Assembly: GCA_051294375.1 (NCBI GenBank) | Contig: CM119265.1 | Span: 1,378,161-1,442,160, forward strand | From: Paraspadella gotoi | Lineage: Eukaryota; Animalia; Chaetognatha | Reading direction: 5' to 3' | DNA: 64,000 bases | In this document: positions 14,501 through 27,366 of the stretch, piece by piece | Position numbering within the stretch: position 1 is the stretch's first letter | Layout: each line of letters starts with the position of its first letter | The notes under the pieces: generated by a model | Database searches by the model: none | What the model saw: only the letters and a program-made list of their open reading frames with translations | What the model was told of the DNA's origin: nothing | Translations under genes and position numbers: made by a program

Positions 14501-15260
14501 TTAACAATTTGTTTTTCCGCTTTCCCTAATTCCCACATTCTTTCCTTTCTTGACGCGACAAAAAAAAAGTTGTTCTCTCTCGTCTCTCTCTCTCTCTCTC
14601 TCGTCTCTCTCTCTCTTCTCTCTCGTCTCCCCTACTTCCCTCCCTCTCTCTCTTTCTCTTCACAACCCACTTGCCCCATCACCTCTCTCTCTCTCCTACC
14701 CATGTCCCTACCCTCTCTCTCAGCCCTTCCTCCCTCCCTCTGATCTACTCCTCTGCCGTCCGTCTCTCTGTCTCTCACCATGCTCCCACCCTCCTGCCCC
14801 TGCTCCCTTCTATCTCGTCTGCTCCCTCCCTCCCTGTCTCTACTCCCTCTCGTCTCTTCTCGTCACACCCCCATATGGCCCCCGATTCCCTCTGCTCTCT
14901 TCCCTCTTCCGCATTCCTCCCTTCTCCCTTCCTCTCCTCTCACTCTCTACGCCCTCTCTCTCTTCTCTTCCACCACCCTCCTCCCCCCAAGTTCGCCTCC
15001 GTCGTTATCACCACTACCATCACCATCACGACATTCGCCATCACGTTCACACGAGCTATCATCACAGATGGATCGATTCGATCATCATCACAGTCTATCA
15101 TCATCACCCATCGCAAGAATCCACGTCACAAACTGGACCGAGGAATCATCATCATCATCGTTATTCATCATCATTCTTCACGACATCGGACGAGAAGCCA
15201 AGCAGGAGTCCAAGCATCTGTGGAAGAGCGAGAAACATTCCAAGCATCTATCACGAGTGA
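7250..15260 (+). CDS. His/Arg-rich low-complexity protein, multi-exon (partial)
   Basis: Exons 7250-7538 (…RRRPKRSHHHKKKRR…HHSEHHEGKHHHSH), 10480-10647 (DHHHHHHHHHKHRGSTHSHY…KRRRRRRKR|gtaagt) and 14992-15260 (IRLRRYHHYHHHHDIRHH…*). The last two join in phase 1. One more exon is visible only in the inverted copy at 27179-27286. Confidence 0.55.
9496..9815. repeat. (AAAT)n microsatellite and 19-bp tandem repeat
   Basis: (AAAT)n at 9496-9615; (ctaatgagagagagacact)x4 at 9736-9815. Confidence 0.85.
10890..11012. repeat. ~31-bp tandem repeat of a MITE terminus
   Basis: (aagaaatggggcactctcggaaaagagagcc)x4 resembles the MITE end ggggcgttctgggaaaagagagcc. Confidence 0.65.
11744..12620 (-). mobile_element. 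DINE-1/HINE-like non-autonomous Helentron, full length
   Basis: On the minus strand: poly-T, AGTCGGATCTGC subterminal repeat, adjacent inverted copy GCAGATCCCGACT, core, (GTCC)n microsatellite, internal tandem repeats, 3' GCAGATCCGAC, short stem-loop, ends CTTGTTT. Same layout as Drosophila DINE-1. Confidence 0.75.
13067..13113. repeat. (ATGATCGC)n octamer repeat
   Basis: About 6 perfect units. Confidence 0.85.
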
Positions 15261-15475
15261 TAAGCAAGCAAAATACAGGGAGAAAAGCAATCGAAGCTTG
15301 GTCGCTTCTTGACGCTGATACGGAATTGTTCCAGCTTCGATATTTAATTACTTATAAATAGAATTAAAAAAAGTTTCAATAATTAAGGCGAAAATTTAAA
15401 AATATAACATATTGAAAAAACCTAAAACAGGCGAAAGTCTTGATTAAAGTGTCTGCCCCTCTCTCTCTCGCTTTT

Positions 15476-15524
<49 letters not shown>

Positions 15525-15603
15525 TCTCTCTCTCTTCTTTTTTTTTTTTCTCTTTTTTCTCTCTTTGCTCTCTTTTTCATCTCTCTTCTTCTCTCTCTCG
15601 TCT

Positions 15604-15638
<35 letters not shown>

Positions 15639-15936
15639 TAGGAAGCGTCATTTTGCTTGAATCAAAGGAAGAGATTATAATAAGTCAACAGAAGGACGAA
15701 AGAGATAAATATATATATTAGATAATAAATAAATGGAAGAATTAATGATAAAAAGAAAAGAATAAACCCCTGATGTATTAGAGATAGTATAAAAGGGCGT
15801 ATTTGCATATTAGATAATCATCCCTCACAATAATGTTATCGTATGCTAAGGCTTTTCGCTGAAGTAAGTAAACTGCCCGGGAAATGACACTTCCCTGGGA
15901 AGATCCCTACGACTGGCTGGGATTTATTATATTTTT

Positions 15937-16285
15937 GGCTCTATTTTCCCAGAACGCCCCTTTTCTGTATCTTGATCCCAAACTTTAATCTAAATATATA
16001 TTTTTTTAATTTAAAACTAATTCGTTAACAATATTTGCAAACTTTAACCTAACCCAAAACCCTAAAGCTAATTAAATTTTACGCATAAACCTTTATTCCT
16101 AATTTCTATTCCTAACCCTTAACCTTAAATTGTAATCTCTAACCTAATCTTTATCCAAATCAACCAACCTTAATCATTAACCCAATTTTTAACCAAATCC
16201 CTAACCCTAATATCTAATTTTTAACTGAAAAAAAAATTTAATTCGAAATTTAAGATAAAACGGGGCGTTCTGGGAAAATAAGGAC
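15937..16285. mobile_element. MITE with short TIRs and internal degenerate (TAACCC)n repeats
   Basis: tattttcccagaacgcccc … ggggcgttctgggaaaata. Related copies at ~704-1000, 8085-8380, 37015-37200, 47866-48136 and 61330-61835, with partial copies at 8520-8760 and 46440-46705. Confidence 0.6.
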
Positions 16286-16434
16286 AAATTTTTATGATAA
16301 TGAAAACTCGTATACAAATCTGAACGAACATTATTAGACTGATTCCCTTAAAATCCCGTCGCATGAAAATATATTTTAAAATCCTTTAATTTATCAGACC
16401 AATCACCAATCACCAATCAATGGACCCTTCACTA

Positions 16435-17131
16435 GAGCGTAGTGAAAGTTACGTACGAAAATTCTAAAAGTCAATTATGAACCACATACCATCAGTGAAC
16501 ATTAATTTGTAAACAAAAATTTACTTTATGTTATTTAATTTTCGCAGTAGGCCATATTTAAATATAGTACTATCCTTATAAATCGAAAAATTTGAAAATA
16601 GGCTTTTCTTAATTTTGATTGCAGATTTGAATTCCTCGTCAAAAGTTGATAAAAGAAAATATAAATCATTTTTAAAAATGATTTCATTAAGTGGGTTAAA
16701 AATAAGAAATTATATTCAACATATAAAATTTTAATTTTAAGCTTTGTAATGATTTTCTTTCTTTTCGTTAATTTAGATTGATATGATTAAAAATTCGTTA
16801 AAACACAAAAACTGTTATTCCTAAAAATTTTCAGCTTAAAATATAGGTTTTTCTGATATTTGACCAACTTAAAAAAGGAATTTTTAAAAAAGAGTTATTT
16901 TTCTTTATATCAACTTTTTATGACGAATCCAAATCTGCGAAAAAATCTTACAAAAACTATTTTGAAATTTTAACATTTATTGGATTAGTACTATGTATAA
17001 ATATGGCCTAATGCGTAAATTGTAAAATTGATAACACAATTTTTATATACGTAACTTTTCATTATTACAATGTTGTTAGTTCCTCACTTTTATAATTTTA
17101 ATTAAAGTAAATTTAGAATTTTACGACGCTT
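16435..17131. mobile_element. Second, inverted copy of the fold-back MITE
   Basis: gcgtagtgaaagttacgtacgaaaattctaaaagtc… is the reverse complement of 45070-45333 and it ends …ttttacgacgc. A fragment also occurs at ~59090-59240. Confidence 0.6.
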
Positions 17132-17409
17132 CACTTGACTCACCCTTTCCTCACTTCTTTTCACCAAACCCTCACTCTTCGACCTTTGTGATTTTCACCT
17201 CAGAACTCACCCCAGACTTACCTTCAGATTAAATCACCTCAGGATTAAAACTCGTTTTTTATTCATCGCCTAGAGAGAGAGAGAGGGTAGGCGAGAGAGA
17301 CAAGAAGAGAGAGGGAGAGAGAGAGAGAGAGGGAAGAGAGAGAAGAGAGAGACGAACGAAAGAGAAAAGCAGCAGAGAAAGAAAAAAAAAAAAACAAAAG
17401 AGAGAGAGA

Positions 17410-17443
<34 letters not shown>

Positions 17444-19940
17444 CAAGCCTTTAATCAAGACCTGGTATCGCCTGCTATTAGGTTTATCTCATTATGTTGA
17501 TTCGTACTTTTTTAAATTTTCGCTTAATTACTTGAACTTTCTTTTAATTCTATTTATATAGTATTAAATATCGAAGCTGGAAACATTTCCGTAATCAGAG
17601 CGTTCCAAGAAGCGCCACCGGGCGCGCACCAGCTTTTGATTGCTTCTTCCCTTCCCGTAATTTTTGCTTGCTTAATCACCTCGTGAATAATGGCTTGGAA
17701 TGTTTCCTCCCCGTCATCTTCACACAGATGCTGTGGCACTCTGCTTTGCTGTCTCGTCCGATGTCGTGAAGAGAATGATGATCGAATAACGTAGAATGAT
17801 GATCGATTTCCTCGGTACAGTTGTGTGGACGGTGGAATTCTTTGCGATGGTGATGAGATGATGTGTAGAATAGATTCTTTTCGTGACATCTGTGATGATA
17901 CGAAATCGATCAATCTGTGATGAATATCGTGGAAGTGCATGGCGAATGTCTCGGTGATGGTGATGGTCAGTGGTGATAACGCGCGGAGGCGAACTTGGGG
18001 GGAGGAGGGTGGTGAGACAGAGAACGAGAGAGAGGGAGTAGAGGCTGACGAGAGGAGAGGGAGAGAGGTGACGGACATGAGGAGCAGGAGAGAGGGTATC
18101 GGGGAGCCAATGGGGGTGATGAGCAGAAGAGACGAGAGGGAGTAGAGAGGAGGGAACGGGGAGGAGAGCAGACGACGATTAGAGTGTTGATGGGGCATGA
18201 GGAGGAGAGAGAGTGAGAGACAGAGAAGAAGAGGACAGAGAGATAGGGGTAAGAGAGAGGAACGGGAGAAGTGAGAAAGAGAGGGAAATGAAAAGGAGAG
18301 GAGAGAGAGAGGTGATGGGGTGCGAGTAGCGGATTGTGAAGAGACACGATGGTAGAGAGGGAGGGAGTAGGGGAGAGAGAGAGAAGAGAGAGAGAGACGA
18401 GAAGAAGAGACGAATGAGACAGAGAGAACTATATTGGAGTGCTTCTTTGTCTGCGTCAAGAAGGAAAGAATAGGTGGGGAATTACGGGAAAGCGGAAAAA
18501 CAAATTGTTAATTGAGTAAAATACAGAAGTGGGTTAAACATTAATTGTACTAAATAATATTTTTTAATACTAATAGGGCTATGGTTTTTTTTTTGGAACA
18601 GAAAAAAAAAATATATTCCCAACAAGCTAATTAAATGAAGTTTTTTTTATGATTATAAAAAGTTGAGGCTTTAGATGTTTACTTTCTTCCACATCGCGCC
18701 TTACGGTTTATATATTCGATGTAAAAAGATCATTAAGCAGTGTATATATATAGAGTTTCCGGTTTCATGTGAATCGTTTGGGTTCTGATCTGAGGTCAGT
18801 CAGCTTGGTCTCTTCACTTTTTCCCCAAGAAGGTCAAAATATTCACGAGGGAGGAAAGGGAGGAAGAGAGAAAAGGAAAGGGAAGGACAAAGAGAGGAAA
18901 GGAGGAGAAATTAAAGAAAGGAGGAAACTATGGAAAAGTGCCAGCGCGCAATTCATGTAAATCGCTTTCAAAGAAATTAAAATGAACTGTTACTTCGTAA
19001 AAAATATTTTATATTTGAAAAAAATTATTTTTTGTTTTCTTTTTGTTTTGCGTTGGTTGAATATTTAAGAAACAGATATTTGATTTTCACCGAACGAATT
19101 TTTAATTATTATTAAATGCAGAAATCTTTCGAAACAATATTTTTGTTCTTCCATCAGTGCATTTGAAACTGATGAAAAACAAAATATTCTAAAAAATATA
19201 AAAAATTATAGTTTAAATATTTTAATTCATTATTTAAACTTCAACATCAACTTTGTTTAATTTACTTTAAATTGAAATAATTTACTTTAAATTCATCGTT
19301 CCAATATTTTTTCAACATGCCAGATAGTTTTTTAACTTGCATAATATTTTCAAAAATTTGAAATAATTTTTTTTAATTAGCAATAATTTTTTTACTTTCA
19401 TAATTTTTCATTAGAAGATATTTTTTTTAACATTTATAATTTTTCTAAAAGATGGAGAAAAGGAAGGGGAGGAAGAAAAAAATTATAAAAAGAAAAAAAA
19501 AAAAAATGATTGAACAAAAATTATTTTAAAAAAAAGGGGGAGACGAAAAAAAAAAAAAAAAGAGAAAAAAATCACGAAATATTTTTTTTTATTTTGTTTT
19601 TAAAATTTAAAAAAAAATAAAAAAAAAGAAAAAATAAAATCAAAGAAAAAAAGAAAAAATCCGGAGTAAAAGCCTCATTCTTAATAAATCTTCCAGTCAA
19701 ATTTTAATGTTGTGTCTTCTTTTTTTTTTCCCTTGTCTGAAAAAAAAAAAAAAAATAAAAAAAAAAAGAAAGAAAATAATCCGGAGGGTCAGTATTGGGG
19801 GGGGGGTAAATAGTATGACGTTCCTGTCTTAAGAGAGGTAAATAAACGGCGTTTGGGGGTCATACTGAGTTTTTGGGAGTTCAGCGTGAAGAAACAATAC
19901 CTGGAGTACTCTAAATCGATAAAAAAACAAAAAAAAAACA

Positions 19941-19992
<52 letters not shown>

Positions 19993-20274
19993 AAAAAAAA
20001 GAACAAAAAAAAAAAAACCCGTTTTTTTTTTGTTGCCATCTTTAAAGAAAAACATCATTAGCTATGTGGTTACAGATGCTTAAATTAGTAAATAGTAGTT
20101 GTTCATTAATAGATCATTGCAAATTTACTTTTTTAAAAAAAAAAAAACGTTTCGGGAGGGGGAGGAATTCTGCATTATAATATGTTGATGTTATTCAGGA
20201 GATATTCCAGACTCGTTATATAAGGTGAAACAAGATCTTACACATTTTTTTTATGTTTCTATCGTGACGTAATT

Positions 20275-21987
20275 TTATAACTCACTTTTTCGGTCGTCGT
20301 CCGCCCCTCAATATTGTCCGGGCACAATTGAATAAATAAGGTCACTGATAGCACATACTCTTATATCATAGTCAGATACATCGATTATGATAAATTATGC
20401 AAAAAAAATGATGTCCGTCCGTACCGTCTGTTCGCGTCTCCGATCCGTCTACCGTCGCTCGTACCGTAACCGTAATCGTCCCCACACCTTAGCCAAAAAC
20501 ACCAATTACTCGTGATTGGATGGATGGGATTTAAATGAAAAGTTTTGAGCTGTTGTGAGATAGGTAAGGTGTGTGATTGGCTGGATCTCTAGTTTCAATG
20601 GAATCGTCCGAGTGGGAAATGAGTTTAAATGGAAAAAACACTAGGAAAAAATATATTTCACTAATTTGAACACCATATTGCTCATGAGGATTGGGCTGCA
20701 TTTGACCTGGAAATTTTGTATGTGGGTAGGAAGTCCGCGTGTGATTGAACAGGAAATCAAGTTTGGGATGGAATAGTTTGAGTGGAAAATGAGTTTAAAT
20801 GGAAAAAACATAACTAAACCTGTTTTACTAATTGATTATGCTTCTTTTTCCTTTTATAAGTTTAAATTATCTGCAAGATGCTATTAAATAAACTGCAAAT
20901 AATTAATCAGTTATCTAATGGGCAATTAGTAATAAATTAATCAATAATTAATTAAGGATTAGTCAATCAAATACCGTCCATGTTCCGTCGCCATCTTAGC
21001 AAAAAGCTTCCAATAACTCGTGATTGTGCTGGTATGGATGGAATTAAATTTTGTGTGTGGGTAGGAAAAGTGTGTGATAAAGCTGGGATGATAAAATTTC
21101 GTATGGAATCGTGTGAGTGGAAATTGAGTTTACAAGATGGAAAAAACATGAAGTCGTAATTTACTAAATCTTTTTGGACTTAATTTTACCAAATAAATAC
21201 TCCTTTAATCATTTAATTGGATGGGATAGATTGAGTTGAAATTATTGTGTGTGGGTAGGAAAACGTATGACGAAGCTTGATATAAGTTTTCAGTGGAACG
21301 TACCAGTGGAAAATGAGTTTAAATGGAAAAAAAATATGAGTCACATTTACTTGAATCTTTTTATTTTATTTTAACCCATGATAGATTGAGATGAAATTAT
21401 GGTGTGGCCGGTAGGAAAGTGAGTGAAGAAGCTAGATATAAAGTTTTGACGGAATGCAAGTTGAAAAATGGATGCAAGTTAAAAAAATCTAAAAGCATAA
21501 AGGATGCGTCCCGTATTGCATAAAAGAAGAGAGAGAGAGAGGAGAGAGAGAGAAAGAGAGAGTGAGAGAGAGAGAGAGAGGTGAGAGAGAAAGAGAGAGA
21601 GTGAGAGAGAGGAGAGAGAAGGAGACATAGAATAAAAAAATCTTAAAAGACTCAAGATCGAGCCAGAGCCCACTATTCATAGAAATAATGAAAAAAACCG
21701 GGAAAAAAACGAATGAATCATGCGATAGACGATACGAAATTGTTTGATGTACTAGTAATTGATTGAGGTAATACTAAATTGATTGATGTAATAGTAATTT
21801 ATTGATGTAATAGGAATTGATTATTGATTCGAATGATAATCAATTATTGAATGCGATGATTAGTCCTTCACTGCTGTTGATGATAGTATCAGTGATGCGA
21901 TGATTGCAATTCCATATGATGCGAATGATTGTCATTATTGATGGCGATGATAGTCAATAAAAACAAACAAATGCGTGTATGAGTGAA

Positions 21988-22021
<34 letters not shown>

Positions 22022-22044
22022 CAGAGAGAGAAGAAAAGAGAGAA

Positions 22045-22079
<35 letters not shown>

Positions 22080-23135
22080 AAGAAAAGAGAATAATCCACG
22101 AAAATCTCGGATGAAAATGTGGGTTTTGTTTGAAAAAAGCGCGGAATAAATGGCAATAATAAAAGTTTTTGAAGGAAAAAAATAATCGCAGAAATTTTTC
22201 AAAAACAACGAACAGCAAAGATCGGACAGATAGGGACAGACACACGCGAGCAGAGAGACTAGAGAGACAGAGAGAGAGAGAGGAGAAAAAGAGAGAGAGA
22301 GAGAGACAGCCGCCTGCAGAGAAAAAGAGAAGAGAAGAGCGATATATAATAATTAAAAGAGAGGAGAGAGAGAGAAGCTTTACAGCCTTTCTCGTTAAAG
22401 AATCAGCAGTAACTTATGGCGCCGCAGTGCGTGAGCTAATCTCTACCAGCAAAAGGACCCGGGTTCGGGCCCGTGTTCGAGGCATCGTTTTTTACATTAG
22501 TGAACCACATTATATGCCTAAAAAATTTTTTGTAAAAAAAAGAGAGAGAGAGAGAGAAGAGAGAGAGGAGAGAGAGAGTAGAGAGAGAGAAAGAAGCTTG
22601 ACAGAGCAGAGCCGGAACTCGTTTTATGAAGAAGCGTGACGAGATAGAAAAGGAGAGAGAGAGAGCGACATATAATTAAACACGTTTTTGTATTTGTAAA
22701 TAAAACATAAACCAAATACCAATATTGATATGAAACATGAGAATTTTAAGATCTTGATGTTAGAAGCCATATATTGAAAATTCAACTGCCCTATGATATC
22801 ACACTTTCAAGAAGCCATGATTGCAAAAAAGCGTAACCGAAAGCTAAACCGAAAAAAAATCTAGACAGGACGGGCTTTGCGCCTGGCTCGATAATAGAAG
22901 GATATTTGTTGTTTTGATAAAATGTAAACAAAACCATTTAATACTGTCCTGACATCAATTTTAAGGACATCGATGATGACCAAGCTGAATATAAATTTAT
23001 AATTAATCATTAATTAATAATTAATTAATCTTTAATTAAACATTATTATACTATTAATTAATTTAATTAATTAATTAATCAATTAATTAATTATATTATC
23101 GTAGCAGATCCGAACATTGTTTGCTCAAACTTGTT
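20275..23135 (+). mobile_element. Long (~2.9 kb) HINE-like element with internal cargo (noisy copy)
   Basis: Core and (GTCC)-like tract at 20280-20490, several internal repeats, ~1.5 kb of unrelated sequence, 3' end gcagatccgaacattgtttgctcaaacttgttt. Its 5' part recurs inverted at 1-545 and its 3' part at 27974-30280. Confidence 0.55.
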
Positions 23136-23776
23136 TTTAGTTATTTTTAAATTTTTGGAGAGCGTTCACACTCCCATTTTACATTTTAAAACTCTTTTAT
23201 TTAAAAAAAATCCATATGTTTGTTTATGGTTGTTGTTGTTTATGTCAGTTGCGATTCAAAGTGTTATTTTGAAAGCGATCAATGCGACATGCGATCATGC
23301 GATCATGCGATCATTAGCGATCATGTGATTCTTTCCTCGGTCGCTATGGCAATCACCATATTCGTTAAAATTCCAAATTATTTTAAATACTTTGTGCAAT
23401 GTAACTAAATTTTCAGAAAAGATGTTAGTTGTGTTTTGCCAAAAGTTAATGAGACCAAGTTAGTTATGTTAATGATACTGTTGGTATAAATAAAAAAGCT
23501 TAGTAGATGAACAAGCCTTAATTAATCAGACATGCGTTAGTTAATGAGACATACATAGTGCGTTGGCGTTTCATGCTAATTTACTTCCTTTAGGTGCAAT
23601 TATGTGCCTGAGCAATCAATTTGCCTTTCATTGCATATATATTTTTTAAATATTTACCTTTAGCAAATTCCGTGACTTTTAAAAATGGGAAAAGAAAATC
23701 GGACACAAAACAAATTAATGAAATCGATTTTTCAACTGTTTTTTCTTCTTTTTTTTGTGTTGAATGATTGAATTAC

Positions 23777-24713
23777 TTTTTTTAGTCGCGATCTGCTTTC
23801 AGCAGATCCCGAACTCTATATATTCACTTTGTCGGTTGTCGGTCACCGCCTCAATATGTTCGGCATGCACTTATTATCATGTCAGAATATCAACGAATTA
23901 TGTAAATTATGCCAAAAAAAGAATGTCCATTCCGTCCGTCTGTCCGCCGTCCATCCGTACCGTCAGTGCCTCAGTCCCCTCAGTCCGTCCAATCCGTCAT
24001 CCAATGCAGCTCGATCAAGTCCGTCCGTCGTACGTCCGTACGTCGTCCGTGCCCACCTTAGCAAAAACACTAATACTCATGATTGGATGGATGGATTGGA
24101 ATGACAATTTTGTGTGTGGGTACGCGAAATGTGTGATTGACCTGTATTGAAGATTCCGCATGGAATCATTTGAGTGTTGAAATAAGTTTAAAGGGAAAAA
24201 AAAGAAAAAAATATATTCACTATTTGAACACCAATTACTCATGAGTGGATGGGGCGATTGACCTTGAAATTTTGGTACATTTGGGTAGAAAAGTGTGTTA
24301 TAAACTGGAAATAAAGTTTCGATGGAATCGTTTGAGGTGGAAATGAGTTTAAATAGAAAAACAAAGAACCTATTTTCACTAAATTGATTAGCTTCCTTTT
24401 TTCGTTTTTTAATTTTAAATGCTAAATGCAAGATGTATGAATTAATCAATAATTAATTTCATGTTTATTAATCAATTAGTCAATTAATTAATCAAGTAAT
24501 TAATCATACAAGTCAGTTAATCAATCAAAACAAACATTTGTGATTCAAATTAATTATTAATGCAACTATTAATTTAAATAATTAACATGAATAAATTAAT
24601 TTATTAACTGTAATTAAATAATTAATTAACTTGAATAATTATTAATTAATTATTATTAATTAATATACCGATAATGATCGGGGGCAGATCCGACATTGTT
24701 GGCTCAAACTTGA
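23777..24713 (+). mobile_element. HINE-like element, duplicate of 11744-12620
   Basis: Same termini and same flanks as 11744-12620, reverse-complemented, with many indels. Confidence 0.65.
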
Positions 24714-26937
24714 TCTCTCTCTCAACAAAAAAAATCATTTTTTCTAACATTAAAAAATTTATATAGGTTTGACTAAAAAAATAATTGGACTACATGAAAC
24801 AAAATGAACAATTTAAATGAATTAATAATAAAAAGAGGGTTCAGGATGGACAAAAAAGCGAGAGAGAGAGCAGAAGAGAGAGAAGAGGAGAGAGAGAGAG
24901 ATGAGAGAGAGAGAAGAGAGAGATAGAGAGAGAAATCGTATTGTCAATTTTTGTTACATTTTTGAATTGAGAGTGAAAAAATAGCATCGTACGTTACATT
25001 TAGCTAAGAATTAAAAAAAATTAGAATTACAAATAAAAATGTTAAAAAAATGTTAAAAAATAAGTCCAAAAAAAAATAAAGAAAAGAACAAAGAAAATAT
25101 AAATGCCTCGCGCAGAAACGCAAACATTTTTTTTGTGTTTCTTTTTGTTTTCGTCAATGTTTTTTTCTTCTTCTTTTCTTCGTCGTCGTCGTCGTCGTGT
25201 CGTCGTCGTCGTCGTTGTCGTCGTCGTTTTATTGCTTCGGAGACCAAAGTCTGATGACTGAAGGAAAAATCTGATATTCAGAAAAAGAAAAAAGAACAAA
25301 ATTAATTAATGGTAAAAACCGAAACTAATTGAAAAGACGACGACGACGACGACCGAGAAAAAAAGGAGATCAAGAGGATTAAAAACAACAAGACAACAAA
25401 AAAACAAACAAATCATAAACAACACCAGAAAGCTCACTTTCCTTTTTGGGCTCTCTTTCCGAGATGCTCATTTCTTGGCTTTTCTTTCTGAAATTGCCCA
25501 ATTTCTCGGCTCTCTTTTCCGAGAGTGCCCCTATAAAAAATTTCTTGGCTCTCTTTTCCGATAGTGCGCGCATTTTTGTTACATTTATGGCAATACTTTA
25601 ATATTTATATTTAATATATTTTTATAATTAATCCCTAACCCTTAATCATCGGTGATCTTGTAAATAAGGCAACTGAAGATAAAACAACAAAGCAACAACA
25701 TCTCTAAACAACTTTAAAAAACTGAACAACACAACAACAACAAATAACAACCTCTTTCCTTCTTTTTAATATCACGCATCAGTTTAGAACAAACAACAAC
25801 AACAAACACACAAGAACTTACTCCTCTCCTCCTTCTTCTCCTCCTCTTCTCCTCTTGTGATTCTCCACAGTCGAGTGAATGATCGTGAGTCCTCACTCTT
25901 TACTTCATTCGAATATCGGTGGTGATCGAATAGTGTGAGTGAGTCGATCCTCGACTGTTTGTGGTGAATGATGATGATGATGATGGTGATCTGTGGGTAG
26001 AGGGAGAGAGAAGGGAGAGAGAGGGGGAGAGAAAGAGAGAGAGAGAGATAGAGAGAAGAGAGAGAGAGAGATGGAGAGGATGGAGAAGAGATGGAGAGGA
26101 GAAATGAGGGAGAGTAGAGGGAGAGAGAGGGAGAGAGAGAGAGAGAGGAGAAGAGAGAGAGGAGAGCAGAGATGCAGAGAAAGGTGTTGGACGAAAAGAA
26201 AGAAAGAAATATATGATGAAGCGATTAATCTTGGGAGTAAATTTATATTCGAGAAGTTTGTATATAAAAGATAATAATATAAAAGAAAAGAAAACGAAAG
26301 CCTCGTTTAGTTTTATTTGGAAATTCATACTGAATTTCAATCTCTGTTTTAATTCATTTTATTGTTGTTGTCGTCAAAGAAGATCTCTCCTTCTTTTCCC
26401 TTTGTCTAAAGTTCTTTTTCCTTTCCTTATTTTTTCTCTTTCCCTTTTTCCATATCTCTACTTTCTCTCTAATTACTTTCCTTTTCTATCCCGTTTTATC
26501 CCATCATGGACCTTTCTATCCTTTTCTATCCCGCTTTTCTATCTCAATAATTTTCCCTAATTTGACAATAAAATCGATAATTTCTCTCGCTCGTAAAATT
26601 CCTTTAATCTGGAACCTCGAAAATAGTAATTAAGCTGCCCTAAAATTTCTCTTCTAATCGTAATTAATTTGAGCTTACGACTCAATTTATTTCTTAGAGT
26701 GTCTCTCTCTCATTAAGAGTGTCTCTCTTTCATTAGAGTGTCTCTCTCTCCATTAGAGTGCTCTCTCTCATTAGTCACATTCCCTCAAAAAATCATTTTC
26801 CTCTCCTTTAAAGAAATTATTACTGTGACACAATTTTTAGGACATATTTTTGGTTAGAAATATGGTGAATCATAAAATAGCATTTCGTTGTATTTATTTA
26901 TGTTATTTATTTATTTTATTTATTTATTTAATTTATT

Positions 26938-26968
<31 letters not shown>

Positions 26969-27099
26969 TTTTATTTATTTTTAATTTGTATTTGCTTTAT
27001 CAGAAGTTCACCACTTTATTAAATTTTCAACAAAATTAACGCAAGTGAAAGTTGTATTAGGAGATAGTTTTATTTTTTTGCTTCAAGCGAAATGAGAGA

Positions 27100-27173
<74 letters not shown>

Positions 27174-27178
27174 CTTAC

Positions 27179-27286
27179 TTCAAAGTGATGCTCGTGATAA
27201 TCACCATTTGTGATGGTGATGATCCGTGTTCGTGTTTGTGATGATGTAGTGAATGAATGGGATGACTTGTGTGATGATGATGAGAT
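27179..27286 (-). CDS. His-rich exon in the inverted duplicate, missing from the forward copy near the gap at 9296-9392
   Basis: (CT)n…ccgaccag|ATCTCATCATCAT…TTTGAA|gtaagt; reads RSHHHHTSHPIHSLHHHKHEHG in phase 2 after exon 7250-7538. Confidence 0.45.
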
Positions 27287-27296
27287 CTGGTCGGAG

Positions 27297-27366
<70 letters not shown>

